This document shows positions 15,325 to 21,603 of a DNA stretch of 24,000 bases, one piece after another. The notes below the pieces were generated by a model. It was not told the origin of the DNA. It ran no database searches and worked only from the letters and a program-made list of their open reading frames with translations. The stretch comes from an uncultured Gammaproteobacteria bacterium (GTDB lineage Bacteria; Patescibacteriota; Microgenomatia; PFEM01; CAYPPS01): the NCBI GenBank assembly GCA_964655765.1, contig CAZZNI010000013.1, positions 616 through 24,615 of the forward strand. The letters are read 5' to 3'. Every line of letters starts with the position of its first letter. Position 1 is the first letter of the stretch. Made by a program: the position numbers and the translations under genes.

Positions 15325-15729
15325 TTATTTCAAAGTTCCGTATTGGTCGTAATATTGACCAGCTGGACTTCTCGGACCGCTTGGTAAGCTGGAATTTATA
15401 TCGTTACTGTTTAGACCGAAAAATCCTGTTACCAAATTTAGAATCGCCCAGGCGGAAAAAGCCAGTGCTAGGCCAATGATAGCAGCGGTCAAGGTTTTTT
15501 GAGCTGCAGCGGTTTGTTCTTTATCGCCACCAGAGGTGATCCATTTGATACCGCCGTAAATTAAAAAGAAAAAGGCGGTAAGAGCGGCAACAACCAAAAC
15601 TAAGTCAATAATAGCGGTGATTAAGGTTTGTAGATTATAGTCGTCGCTTGCCTGTCTTATTGGAGAGCCGATTGTGTTTAGGGCTTCACCGATGTTGCTG
15701 CTGGTGGCTTGGAGTAGAAATAAATTCAT
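15325..15729 (-). CDS. T4SS pilin-like paralogue P5
   Basis: The first ATG is at 15729 and forms an ATGA overlap with the P4 stop. The listed 15744 start is a TTG. The core is LTAFFFLIYGGIKWITSGGDKEQTAAAQKTLTAAIIGLALAFSAW. There is a polar C-terminal tail (SSLPSGPRSPAGQYYDQYGTLK). Confidence 0.8.
   Translation of the reverse strand: MNLFLLQATSSNIGEALNTIGSPIRQASDDYNLQTLITAIIDLVLVVAALTAFFFLIYGGIKWITSGGDKEQTAAAQKTLTAAIIGLALAFSAWAILNLVTGFFGLNSNDINSSLPSGPRSPAGQYYDQYGTLK
15498..15577. repeat. 80-nt near-identical segment shared with 15001-15080 (copy 2, inside P5)
   Basis: See copy 1. The segment encodes FFFLIYGGIKWITSGGDKEQTAAAQ in both genes. Confidence 0.9.
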
Positions 15730-16079
15730 TGCAATGTTGGCCAAGGAATATCTAATGTTCGCAAGAATTCTATTCCCAAAAAGCCGCCAACAAAATCAAG
15801 GATAATCGTGGCAACGGCGATCAGGGTAAAGCCAATGATACCAGTCATTAATCTCTTTTGGGCTGCCTTAACTTTCTCTGCGTCGCCGCCGGCAGTAATC
15901 CATTCCAGCGCTGCCCAAAGAATCATAAACAGCAAGGCGATACCGCCGATGATTAAAATTATTGTCATTAATTTGGCCAAAAAAAGTGCCAGGATATTAG
16001 CTCCTTGGCTGGTTGCGCCTGGTTCACAAGTTTCCGGGACTAGTGGATTACAAATAGCAGCGTAAGCCTTTTTTACCAT
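15726..16079 (-). CDS. T4SS pilin-like paralogue P4
   Basis: 117 aa. The ATG at 16079 overlaps the P3 stop by 7 nt. The core is IALLFMILWAALEWITAGGDAEKVKAAQKRLMTGIIGFTLIAVATI. There is an N-terminal Cys pair (AAICNPLVPETCEPG). Confidence 0.8.
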   Translation of the reverse strand: MVKKAYAAICNPLVPETCEPGATSQGANILALFLAKLMTIILIIGGIALLFMILWAALEWITAGGDAEKVKAAQKRLMTGIIGFTLIAVATIILDFVGGFLGIEFLRTLDIPWPTLQ

Positions 16080-16459
16080 AAGTTGCCGATTAAACCTTCT
16101 AAGTCCAAAAAGTCGATTCCTAAAATTAAACTAATTAGAGAGATTAAAGTAAAAGCGCCGATGACTATTACTAAGCCAACCAGGCTTTGGGTCATTTTTT
16201 TAGTACTGTTTTTGACAGCTTCTTCGTTGCCGGCAGAAACCACCATTCCAACTGCGGCAATCATGAAATTAAAAATAAACCATAAACCAGCAACAATAGT
16301 CATTATCCCAATAACGGTAGAAATGATTCGGCTTAAATCACCTACCGAACCGAGTCCGTCAAAAGCACCGGCGTCGGAAAAGGGTCCTAGGCCGGAATCT
16401 GGTGGCCCACCGATAAGACCCAAATCTTTGTCAGCTAAATAAACTTTATTTTTAATCAT
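16073..16459 (-). CDS. T4SS pilin-like paralogue P3 (divergent loop)
   Basis: I place the start at ATG 16459 (AGGAAG lies 6 nt upstream, and the ATG is 1 nt after the P2 TAA). The listed 16555 start runs through P2. The core is IVAGLWFIFNFMIAAVGMVVSAGNEEAVKNSTKKMTQSLVGLVIVIGAF. The N-terminal region is Gly/Asp-rich. Confidence 0.7.
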   Translation of the reverse strand: MIKNKVYLADKDLGLIGGPPDSGLGPFSDAGAFDGLGSVGDLSRIISTVIGIMTIVAGLWFIFNFMIAAVGMVVSAGNEEAVKNSTKKMTQSLVGLVIVIGAFTLISLISLILGIDFLDLEGLIGNLW

Positions 16460-16460
16460 T

Positions 16461-16796
16461 TTAGCTTCCTGGCCCATAAACTGTTGGCTCAAAAATAGCC
16501 CTGGCATCACCAAAAATAATGTAACCGAAGATGGCTCCCAGAACAAATGAACCAACTATGAAAAGTAATCCCATCAGCGACTGCCAGATTTTCGCCCAAG
16601 CCGCCTCCATTTTTTTCGGATCATCACTGGCACTTAAAAAACCAAAACCGGCTAAAACCAAGTTAAAAAAGGCCCATAAACCGCCAACGGCAATCATTAA
16701 GCGGAGAATGTTATTAAGAAAAACCAACAAACCTTCCGGTCCGGTACCGTAGTTTTGAATTACTTCTGGCGCTGCGATATTGCCGATTGGATCCAT
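16461..16796 (-). CDS. T4SS pilin-like paralogue P2
   Basis: 111 aa. There is a TAATG 1-nt overlap with P1. The core is GGLWAFFNLVLAGFGFLSASDDPKKMEAAWAKIWQSLMGLLFIVGSF. Confidence 0.75.
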   Translation of the reverse strand: MDPIGNIAAPEVIQNYGTGPEGLLVFLNNILRLMIAVGGLWAFFNLVLAGFGFLSASDDPKKMEAAWAKIWQSLMGLLFIVGSFVLGAIFGYIIFGDARAIFEPTVYGPGS

Positions 16797-17131
16797 TATT
16801 CTAGTATGCTAATGCCTGTTAAAACTTTAATAATTTGAATTGCCCACCAACTGGCTAGCACAATTGCCAGGCCAATGGCTGCGGTGGTGATAACTTTTTT
16901 ACCTTGAGCAGTTTTTTCTTCATCACCGCTACCGGCACTGGTAATCATTAGTATACCACCGGCGATTAAAATGACAAAAAGAATCACACCAATAAAGACA
17001 TAAACATTAGGTAGAATCGAAGAGATAAACGCACCGATGCTTTTGTATTCATCCTGGTTGCCGATTCCACTGGTGGAGTCACCAGGGTTAAGGAGTAGTT
17101 CTTGGCCAATGTCAAAAGCAAGCTGCTTCAT
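16796..17131 (-). CDS. T4SS pilin-like paralogue P1, first gene of the pilin operon
   Basis: 111 aa. The core is VILFVILIAGGILMITSAGSGDEEKTAQGKKVITTAAIGLAIVLASWW. There is no SD, and the promoter sits immediately upstream. Confidence 0.8.
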   Translation of the reverse strand: MKQLAFDIGQELLLNPGDSTSGIGNQDEYKSIGAFISSILPNVYVFIGVILFVILIAGGILMITSAGSGDEEKTAQGKKVITTAAIGLAIVLASWWAIQIIKVLTGISILE

Positions 17132-17138
17132 TGTCTTA

Positions 17139-17168
17139 ATGATAAGTTATTGCCTATTTTCCTGTCAA
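17139..17168 (-). promoter_or_regulatory. sigma70-like promoter of the pilin operon, predicted leaderless
   Basis: The minus strand reads TTGACA (perfect -35, 17168-17163), 18 nt spacer, then TATCAT (17144-17139), then 7 nt (taagaca) and the ATG at 17131. Confidence 0.5.
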
Positions 17169-17183
17169 ACCCGAACCGCTTCG

Positions 17184-17192
17184 TGATAAAAT
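17184..17192 (+). promoter_or_regulatory. extended -10 element (TGaTAAAAT) ahead of the polyprenyl synthase gene
   Basis: TGATAAAATGG is at 17184-17194, and the same 11-mer recurs at 21575-21585. The ATG at 17205 is 12 nt after the -10. There is no good -35. The GGGGG at 17193-17197 could instead be an SD if the true promoter lies further upstream. Confidence 0.3.
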
Positions 17193-17204
17193 GGGGGCAC
17201 TTTA

Positions 17205-18269
17205 ATGAGATTAAAAAGTTTTTTAGCTGATTATAGCCAGCAAGCCGATCAACTACTTGACCGGTTTTTCCAAGTTAAGAAAAAACAGGCGGAAACAATT
17301 TCGCCGCTAGCTGTCCAAATGCTCGATCTTTATCAAGACCATTTGCGTGGCGGTAAAAAAGCCCGGGGAGCATTAATGGTTTTGGGTTATCAAATAGCCA
17401 AAGGTAAAGAAACAAACAAGATTTTCAAAGCCTCGCTTTTTTTGGAGATGATCCATTCTTTTTTACTGATTCATGACGATGTTATGGACAAAGCCTTGCT
17501 CAGAAGAGGTAGACAAACACCGGAAGTTTTTTATCAGAAATTGGCTGATAAGAAAAATTTTAAAGGTGATAAAAAACATTTTGCTCTCTCAATGGCAATT
17601 GACTTAGGGGATCTGGGAATGTTTTTGGCCCAGGAGGCGCTTTTTGATAGCGGTTTTACCAAAGACAGGCTTTTTGATTGCCAGAAAGAAGCTAACTTAG
17701 TGTTTCAACAAGTTGCTTTCGGCCAGGCCCTTGATATTTTCGGTGAAAAGAAAGGTAAATTCAGCCAGGACTATGTTCTCAAAATCCACAAACTAAAGAC
17801 AGCTGATTATTCTGTTTCCGGCCCCTTAAGACTGGGGGCAATACTGGCTGGGGGTAACAATAGTTTATTGGAAAACTTAACTGACTATGGCTTAAACTTA
17901 GGAATTGCTTTTCAAATTCAAGACGACTATTTAGGTGCTTTTGGTGATGAGAAGGTTTTGGGCAAGGAAACCGGTCAGGATATTAAGGAAGGTAAAGCAA
18001 CGCTGTTGATTTTAAAAGCCAAACAAAAAGCCAGTCGGCAAGAAAGAGATTTTTTAGAAAAAACTTATGGCAAGAAAGATATTAGCCGGTCGGAAATAGA
18101 CAGAATTAAGGAAATTTTTATTAAAACTGGAGCGGATAAGTATAGTTTACAAAAAGCCAGTCAGCTTGTCACTGAGGCTAAAATTGTCGTTGATAAAATT
18201 ACTACTGATAAAAATAAACGAGGGCTTTTGGAACAATTGGCCGACTATATGGTGAAGAGAAATCGATGA
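17205..18269 (+). CDS. trans-polyprenyl diphosphate synthase (polyprenyl_synt family; chain length not assignable)
   Basis: The first Asp-rich motif is LLIHDDVMDKALLRRGRQT. The second is FQIQDDYLGAFGDEKVLGKETGQDIKEGKATLL. There is an ATGA overlap with uppS. Confidence 0.9.
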   Translation: MRLKSFLADYSQQADQLLDRFFQVKKKQAETISPLAVQMLDLYQDHLRGGKKARGALMVLGYQIAKGKETNKIFKASLFLEMIHSFLLIHDDVMDKALLRRGRQTPEVFYQKLADKKNFKGDKKHFALSMAIDLGDLGMFLAQEALFDSGFTKDRLFDCQKEANLVFQQVAFGQALDIFGEKKGKFSQDYVLKIHKLKTADYSVSGPLRLGAILAGGNNSLLENLTDYGLNLGIAFQIQDDYLGAFGDEKVLGKETGQDIKEGKATLLILKAKQKASRQERDFLEKTYGKKDISRSEIDRIKEIFIKTGADKYSLQKASQLVTEAKIVVDKITTDKNKRGLLEQLADYMVKRNR

Positions 18270-18988
18270 AAAAAACAATCTCAACGATCAAACTGGATAA
18301 AAATAATATCCCTAAACATATTGGCATTATTATGGACGGCAACCGTCGTTGGGCAACCAAGCGTGGTTTAGTTTCGACCGAAGGCCACGAAGCGGGGGTT
18401 AAAGCCTTGGTGGCGATAGTTGAACATTGCTTAAAGCTGGGAGTAGAAACCTTAACTGTTTACGCTCTGTCAACTGAAAATTGGAGACAGCGAGCCCAGC
18501 AGGAAGTTAAAGGCATTTTTGAATTATTAGTAAAAATGGTTCGGGAGAAGAAAAAAGAATATCGGCAGAAAGGGGTAAAGATGGCGATTTTAGGTGATTT
18601 TCAGGCTTTCCCCCGGCGGGTAGCCGGAGCAATTTCGGAAATGTTGAACATCGTTAAAGAAAAAGAGCGGTTAAAATTAAACATTGCTCTAAATTACGGC
18701 GGCCGGGATGAGATTTTGCGGGCGGTTAAAAAAATTGTTGATCAAAAAATACCGGCTAAAAAAATCACCGAAGAAACTTTCAGTAAATTTCTTTACACTA
18801 ATGGTGAGAATGATCCTGATTTGATTATTCGTACTGGCGGTGAAGTCAGATTATCAAACTTTTTACTGTGGCAGATGTCTTACGCTGAGCTTTATTTTAC
18901 CGAGACTCTTTGGCCTGATTTTAGCCCACAAAAACTTGACCGGGCAATTGCCGAATATCAAAAAAGACAGCGGCGGTTTGGCAAATAA
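18266..18988 (+). CDS. uppS: undecaprenyl (di-trans,poly-cis) diphosphate synthase
   Basis: HIGIIMDGNRRWA, LTVYALSTENWRQR, NYGGRDEI and RTGGEVRLSNFLLWQMSYAELYF are canonical cis-prenyltransferase motifs. Confidence 0.95.
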   Translation: MKKTISTIKLDKNNIPKHIGIIMDGNRRWATKRGLVSTEGHEAGVKALVAIVEHCLKLGVETLTVYALSTENWRQRAQQEVKGIFELLVKMVREKKKEYRQKGVKMAILGDFQAFPRRVAGAISEMLNIVKEKERLKLNIALNYGGRDEILRAVKKIVDQKIPAKKITEETFSKFLYTNGENDPDLIIRTGGEVRLSNFLLWQMSYAELYFTETLWPDFSPQKLDRAIAEYQKRQRRFGK

Positions 18989-19306
18989 TTAGTTGCCGAG
19001 AATAGTGACGCCAAAAATTACTTCGACCAGCTGGATTAACCACCAACTAGTAAAGATAATGATAAAACCGATTAAAGCCTGGGTGATTTTGGCCCAAGCA
19101 GCTTTGGTTTTATCAGGATTACCCATCGAAAGCATGTAGGAAATGCCACCCCAGAGCAAAAAGATAAATAAAGCAATCGCCGCCAAAGGAAAGATGTAAT
19201 TAAATGAAAGCTCCAAAAGGCCGCCCGGCTTAGTGTCGTTTAGAAAGTGGTCACTGCCAGTGATGTCGGTGTATGTTGGTAGTTTATAAGCTAAAGACTC
19301 TGTCAT
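18989..19306 (-). CDS. T4SS pilin-like paralogue P9
   Basis: 105 aa. The core is IALFIFLLWGGISYMLSMGNPDKTKAAWAKITQALIGFIIIFTSWW. Its TAA directly abuts the uppS TAA with zero intergenic bases. Confidence 0.8.
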   Translation of the reverse strand: MTESLAYKLPTYTDITGSDHFLNDTKPGGLLELSFNYIFPLAAIALFIFLLWGGISYMLSMGNPDKTKAAWAKITQALIGFIIIFTSWWLIQLVEVIFGVTILGN

Positions 19307-19312
19307 TTTATG

Positions 19313-19669
19313 TTAATCAAAAATTTTTGGAATGGCCAGGATTTCAACGCCGATAAAGTTGAGAATAAAAACAGAAAAAACAATAAACAACAGCCCCATG
19401 ACCGCAGAAGTAATAATTTCCTGTCCGCCTTTGACTTTATCGGGGTTTCCCGACGAGAGGATGACTTGAAAAGAGCCGAAGATCATTAGTAAGAAAGCGA
19501 TACCGCCACTGATGCCAAATAAAAATTGGAGAATTTGGGTTAAAAATTCGGTTGGCTTGGTTTCAATTGTGCCGAGTGCTGTTGGTATGGGTACAGCTTG
19601 AGCCTGTTGCGGCCACAGTAAACTGATTGTTATCACCAATAACAAGCCGGCCAAAAAATTTCTTTTCAT
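19313..19669 (-). CDS. T4SS pilin-like paralogue P8, with cleavable-looking signal peptide
   Basis: 118 aa. The signal peptide is MKRNFLAGLLLVITISLLWPQQAQA. The core is GGIAFLLMIFGSFQVILSSGNPDKVKGGQEIITSAVMGLLFIVFSVF. Confidence 0.8.
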   Translation of the reverse strand: MKRNFLAGLLLVITISLLWPQQAQAVPIPTALGTIETKPTEFLTQILQFLFGISGGIAFLLMIFGSFQVILSSGNPDKVKGGQEIITSAVMGLLFIVFSVFILNFIGVEILAIPKIFD

Positions 19670-19678
19670 TCTTTTTGG

Positions 19679-19708
19679 AGTTTAACATAATCCAGGCTTT
19701 AGGCTCAA
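19679..19708 (-). promoter_or_regulatory. sigma70-like promoter (extended -10) for the P8-P9 pair, near-leaderless
   Basis: The minus strand reads TTGAGC (19708-19703), 18 nt spacer, then TGtTAAACT (-10 at 19684-19679), then 9 nt to the ATG at 19669. Confidence 0.4.
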
Positions 19709-19711
19709 ACA

Positions 19712-19720
19712 TGTTATACT
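19712..19720 (+). promoter_or_regulatory. extended -10 element (TGtTATACT) ahead of the SpoIID-like gene
   Basis: TG is at 19712-19713 and TATACT at 19715-19720. AAGGAA lies at 19725-19730 and the ATG at 19734. There is no clear -35. It overlaps the divergent P8 promoter. Confidence 0.35.
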
Positions 19721-19733
19721 GCTAAAGGAAGTT

Positions 19734-21515
19734 ATGAGGCTGCTCAAACCGCTTTTTTTTATCACTGCCTTTATTCTAATTGGTCTATTTACTGCCGATT
19801 TTATTTTTTTTAGCAGCGATAATTTATTTGCCGCCTCTTGTTCCAGCGCCGATTGTTCCAGTGCCGAAGAGTGTGAGCAAAAAATTAAAGAATGCCAGGA
19901 AATTATCGGTGCTTATTCTCCGGCCCAAAGCCAAAACAAACAACAACTGCAAACACTGGAAACACAGCTCAATAATACCGAGAGTCTAATTAAAAGTGCT
20001 GAAGCTCAGGCTGATAAACTGGCGATTGAAATTGACCAAAGAGAAGCCGACTTGTCCGACCAAAAACAGATCTTTAATTCCCGAGTTAGGGATTTTTACA
20101 AACGCAGCCGGCATTTATCTCTTTTTACTGTTTTACTTTCTTCTCATAGTGCAATTGACTTAACCAGAGAATTGTCTTATCGCAACATTGCCGCCGGTGA
20201 GGACAGGAAGGTAATTTTAGATATTTCACAAAAATTGATTAACCTAGCAGTTGATAAGCAAAAATTGGAGAGCAACCGGGCTTTTTTGCAAAAAACTAAG
20301 GAAAGTTTGTCGTCACAAACTGCTTTCTTAAGAAAGGAAGTTGAAAAGGTGGAAGATTATTTGGGCGTGCTTTCAACCAGGGTAGCTGGACTTTCCGCCA
20401 AACAAAAAGCCTTGCTGGAAGCCAAAGTTGGCACTTTTCAAACCTCAGTCGGTGAAGTACCTTTGGCTGATGATCCGGCTTCTCGGCCAGATTACAATCC
20501 GGGTTTTTCTCCCGCCTGGGCAGGGTTTTCTTTCGGTGCACCGCATCGCAAAGGCATGAGCCAGTACGGTGCGCTTGGCCGATCACAAGCAGGCCAAAAT
20601 TACCAGCAGATTTTACAAGCCTATTACGGTAATGTCAGGATTGAAAGCAGGGACTTTCCGGCTTCCATTTCCACTACTGTTGGTGAACTTGATTTTGAGG
20701 GTAATTACCTGAAAGGCATTGCCGAGATGCCGTCATCTTGGGCGGCCAATGGTGGTTATGAAGCTCTTAAGGCTCAAGCGGTAGCGGCCAGAAGTTATGC
20801 CATTGTTGCGGGCAAGCCGATTTGTATTACTGAATCGTGCCAGGTTTATTCCTCTTCCAAAGCCGGTAACCCGGCAGCGGCTGATTGGCATCGGGCGGTT
20901 GAAGAAACCCGAGGTCAAGTGGTGGTGTCTAATTCCAGCAACGAGATAATTTCAACTTTTTATGCCTCTACTGCCGGTGGGGCGATTTATTCCTATAGCT
21001 CAAAAGGCCATTCAACACCGATGCTGTGGGACACTGCTTGTGGTTCTAAGGACTGCTGGACTTCGGAGGCCTGGGAAAAGAAAGCTGGTTCGCCCTGGTT
21101 TTACAAAGGCTGGTATAAAGACCGCTCTGGGGCAACTTGCGGTCGGAACAACCCCTGGCTAAATGAATCGGAGATGGCCGATATTTTAAATGCGGTGATT
21201 GTTTACCGTTCCGGTGGCGATGAGGCGGCCAGTCATATTCTGCCGGAAGATTATGTCAGTTGTTTTGGTGGTAGCGGTGATCCGTGGAATAAAGAGCAAA
21301 TGAAACAAAAGGCGGCTTCACTGGATGGAGCAATTACCAGTGTTGGGGCGGTGACAGTAACTTATGGCACCAACGGACAGACTAATAAAATCAGTTTTGT
21401 TACTAATCGAGGCAGTTTCGAAGTTGATGGCGATCAGTTTAAAACCGTTTTTAACTTGCGAGCGCCGGGTCGAATTGCCCTCAAGTCGATGTTGTTCAAC
21501 ATCGAGAAAAAATAA
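19734..21515 (+). CDS. SpoIID/LytB-domain peptidoglycan-remodelling protein with N-terminal anchor and coiled coil
   Basis: The TM helix is LFFITAFILIGLFTADFIFF, followed by a Cys cluster (CSSADCSSAEECEQKIKEC) and about 200 aa of heptad-like Q/E/K-rich sequence. The SpoIID-type motifs are EMPSSWAANGGYEALKAQAVAARSYA and ESCQVYSS. Confidence 0.8.
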   Translation: MRLLKPLFFITAFILIGLFTADFIFFSSDNLFAASCSSADCSSAEECEQKIKECQEIIGAYSPAQSQNKQQLQTLETQLNNTESLIKSAEAQADKLAIEIDQREADLSDQKQIFNSRVRDFYKRSRHLSLFTVLLSSHSAIDLTRELSYRNIAAGEDRKVILDISQKLINLAVDKQKLESNRAFLQKTKESLSSQTAFLRKEVEKVEDYLGVLSTRVAGLSAKQKALLEAKVGTFQTSVGEVPLADDPASRPDYNPGFSPAWAGFSFGAPHRKGMSQYGALGRSQAGQNYQQILQAYYGNVRIESRDFPASISTTVGELDFEGNYLKGIAEMPSSWAANGGYEALKAQAVAARSYAIVAGKPICITESCQVYSSSKAGNPAAADWHRAVEETRGQVVVSNSSNEIISTFYASTAGGAIYSYSSKGHSTPMLWDTACGSKDCWTSEAWEKKAGSPWFYKGWYKDRSGATCGRNNPWLNESEMADILNAVIVYRSGGDEAASHILPEDYVSCFGGSGDPWNKEQMKQKAASLDGAITSVGAVTVTYGTNGQTNKISFVTNRGSFEVDGDQFKTVFNLRAPGRIALKSMLFNIEKK

Positions 21516-21574
21516 TCCTTCCATGTTAGTACTGGGTGTTAAAACCAGCCTTGCTGTTATTTGTTGTTTTCGAA

Positions 21575-21583
21575 TGATAAAAT
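21575..21583 (+). promoter_or_regulatory. extended -10 element (TGaTAAAAT) ahead of the bPH-domain gene
   Basis: It carries the same 11-mer TGATAAAATGG as at 17184. AAGGA lies at 21590-21594 and the ATG at 21604. Confidence 0.3.
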
Positions 21584-21603
21584 GGCTTAAAGGATTTAAC
21601 TAA

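Noticed and set aside
7812-16752. Nested or antisense ORFs inside the 655-aa, VirB6-like, surface-protein and pilin genes (7812-8138, 9694-9879, 11126-11356, 11579-11905, 13053-14362 group, 14499-14947, 15808-16065, 16083-16442, 16531-16752).
   Set aside because: The reasoning is the same. Several are simply mirror frames of hydrophobic or Gly/Ala-rich coding sequence.
14416-17131. Interpreting the small hydrophobic proteins as type IV pilus (T4P) pilins or as holins.
   Set aside because: None has the class III prepilin leader (G/FTLIE-type N-terminus). Nine paralogues with a conserved charged loop, sitting between VirB4, VirB6 and PrgI genes, fit VirB2/TrbC-type hairpins much better than holins.
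17191-17205. Mini-ORF ATG GGG GCA CTT TAA (MGAL) whose stop overlaps the polyprenyl synthase ATG (TAATG). A similar ATG GCT TAA occurs at 21582.
   Set aside because: The ATG lies inside the putative -10 hexamer, so promoter and mini-ORF are mutually exclusive. It is too short to evaluate and is most simply a by-product of the TGATAAAATGG motif.
18975-19000. Short inverted repeat GGCAA-ataattag-TTGCC at the uppS/P9 junction, considered as a bidirectional terminator.
   Set aside because: The stem is only 5 bp with no U-tracts, which is too weak to call.
1019-19669. Interpreting the locus as an integrated conjugative element or plasmid remnant (mobile_element).
   Set aside because: The window has no integrase, relaxase, VirD4, oriT-like inverted repeats, flanking direct repeats or tRNA target. 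The locus abuts dnaN and is interleaved with housekeeping genes. This cannot be excluded without the flanks.
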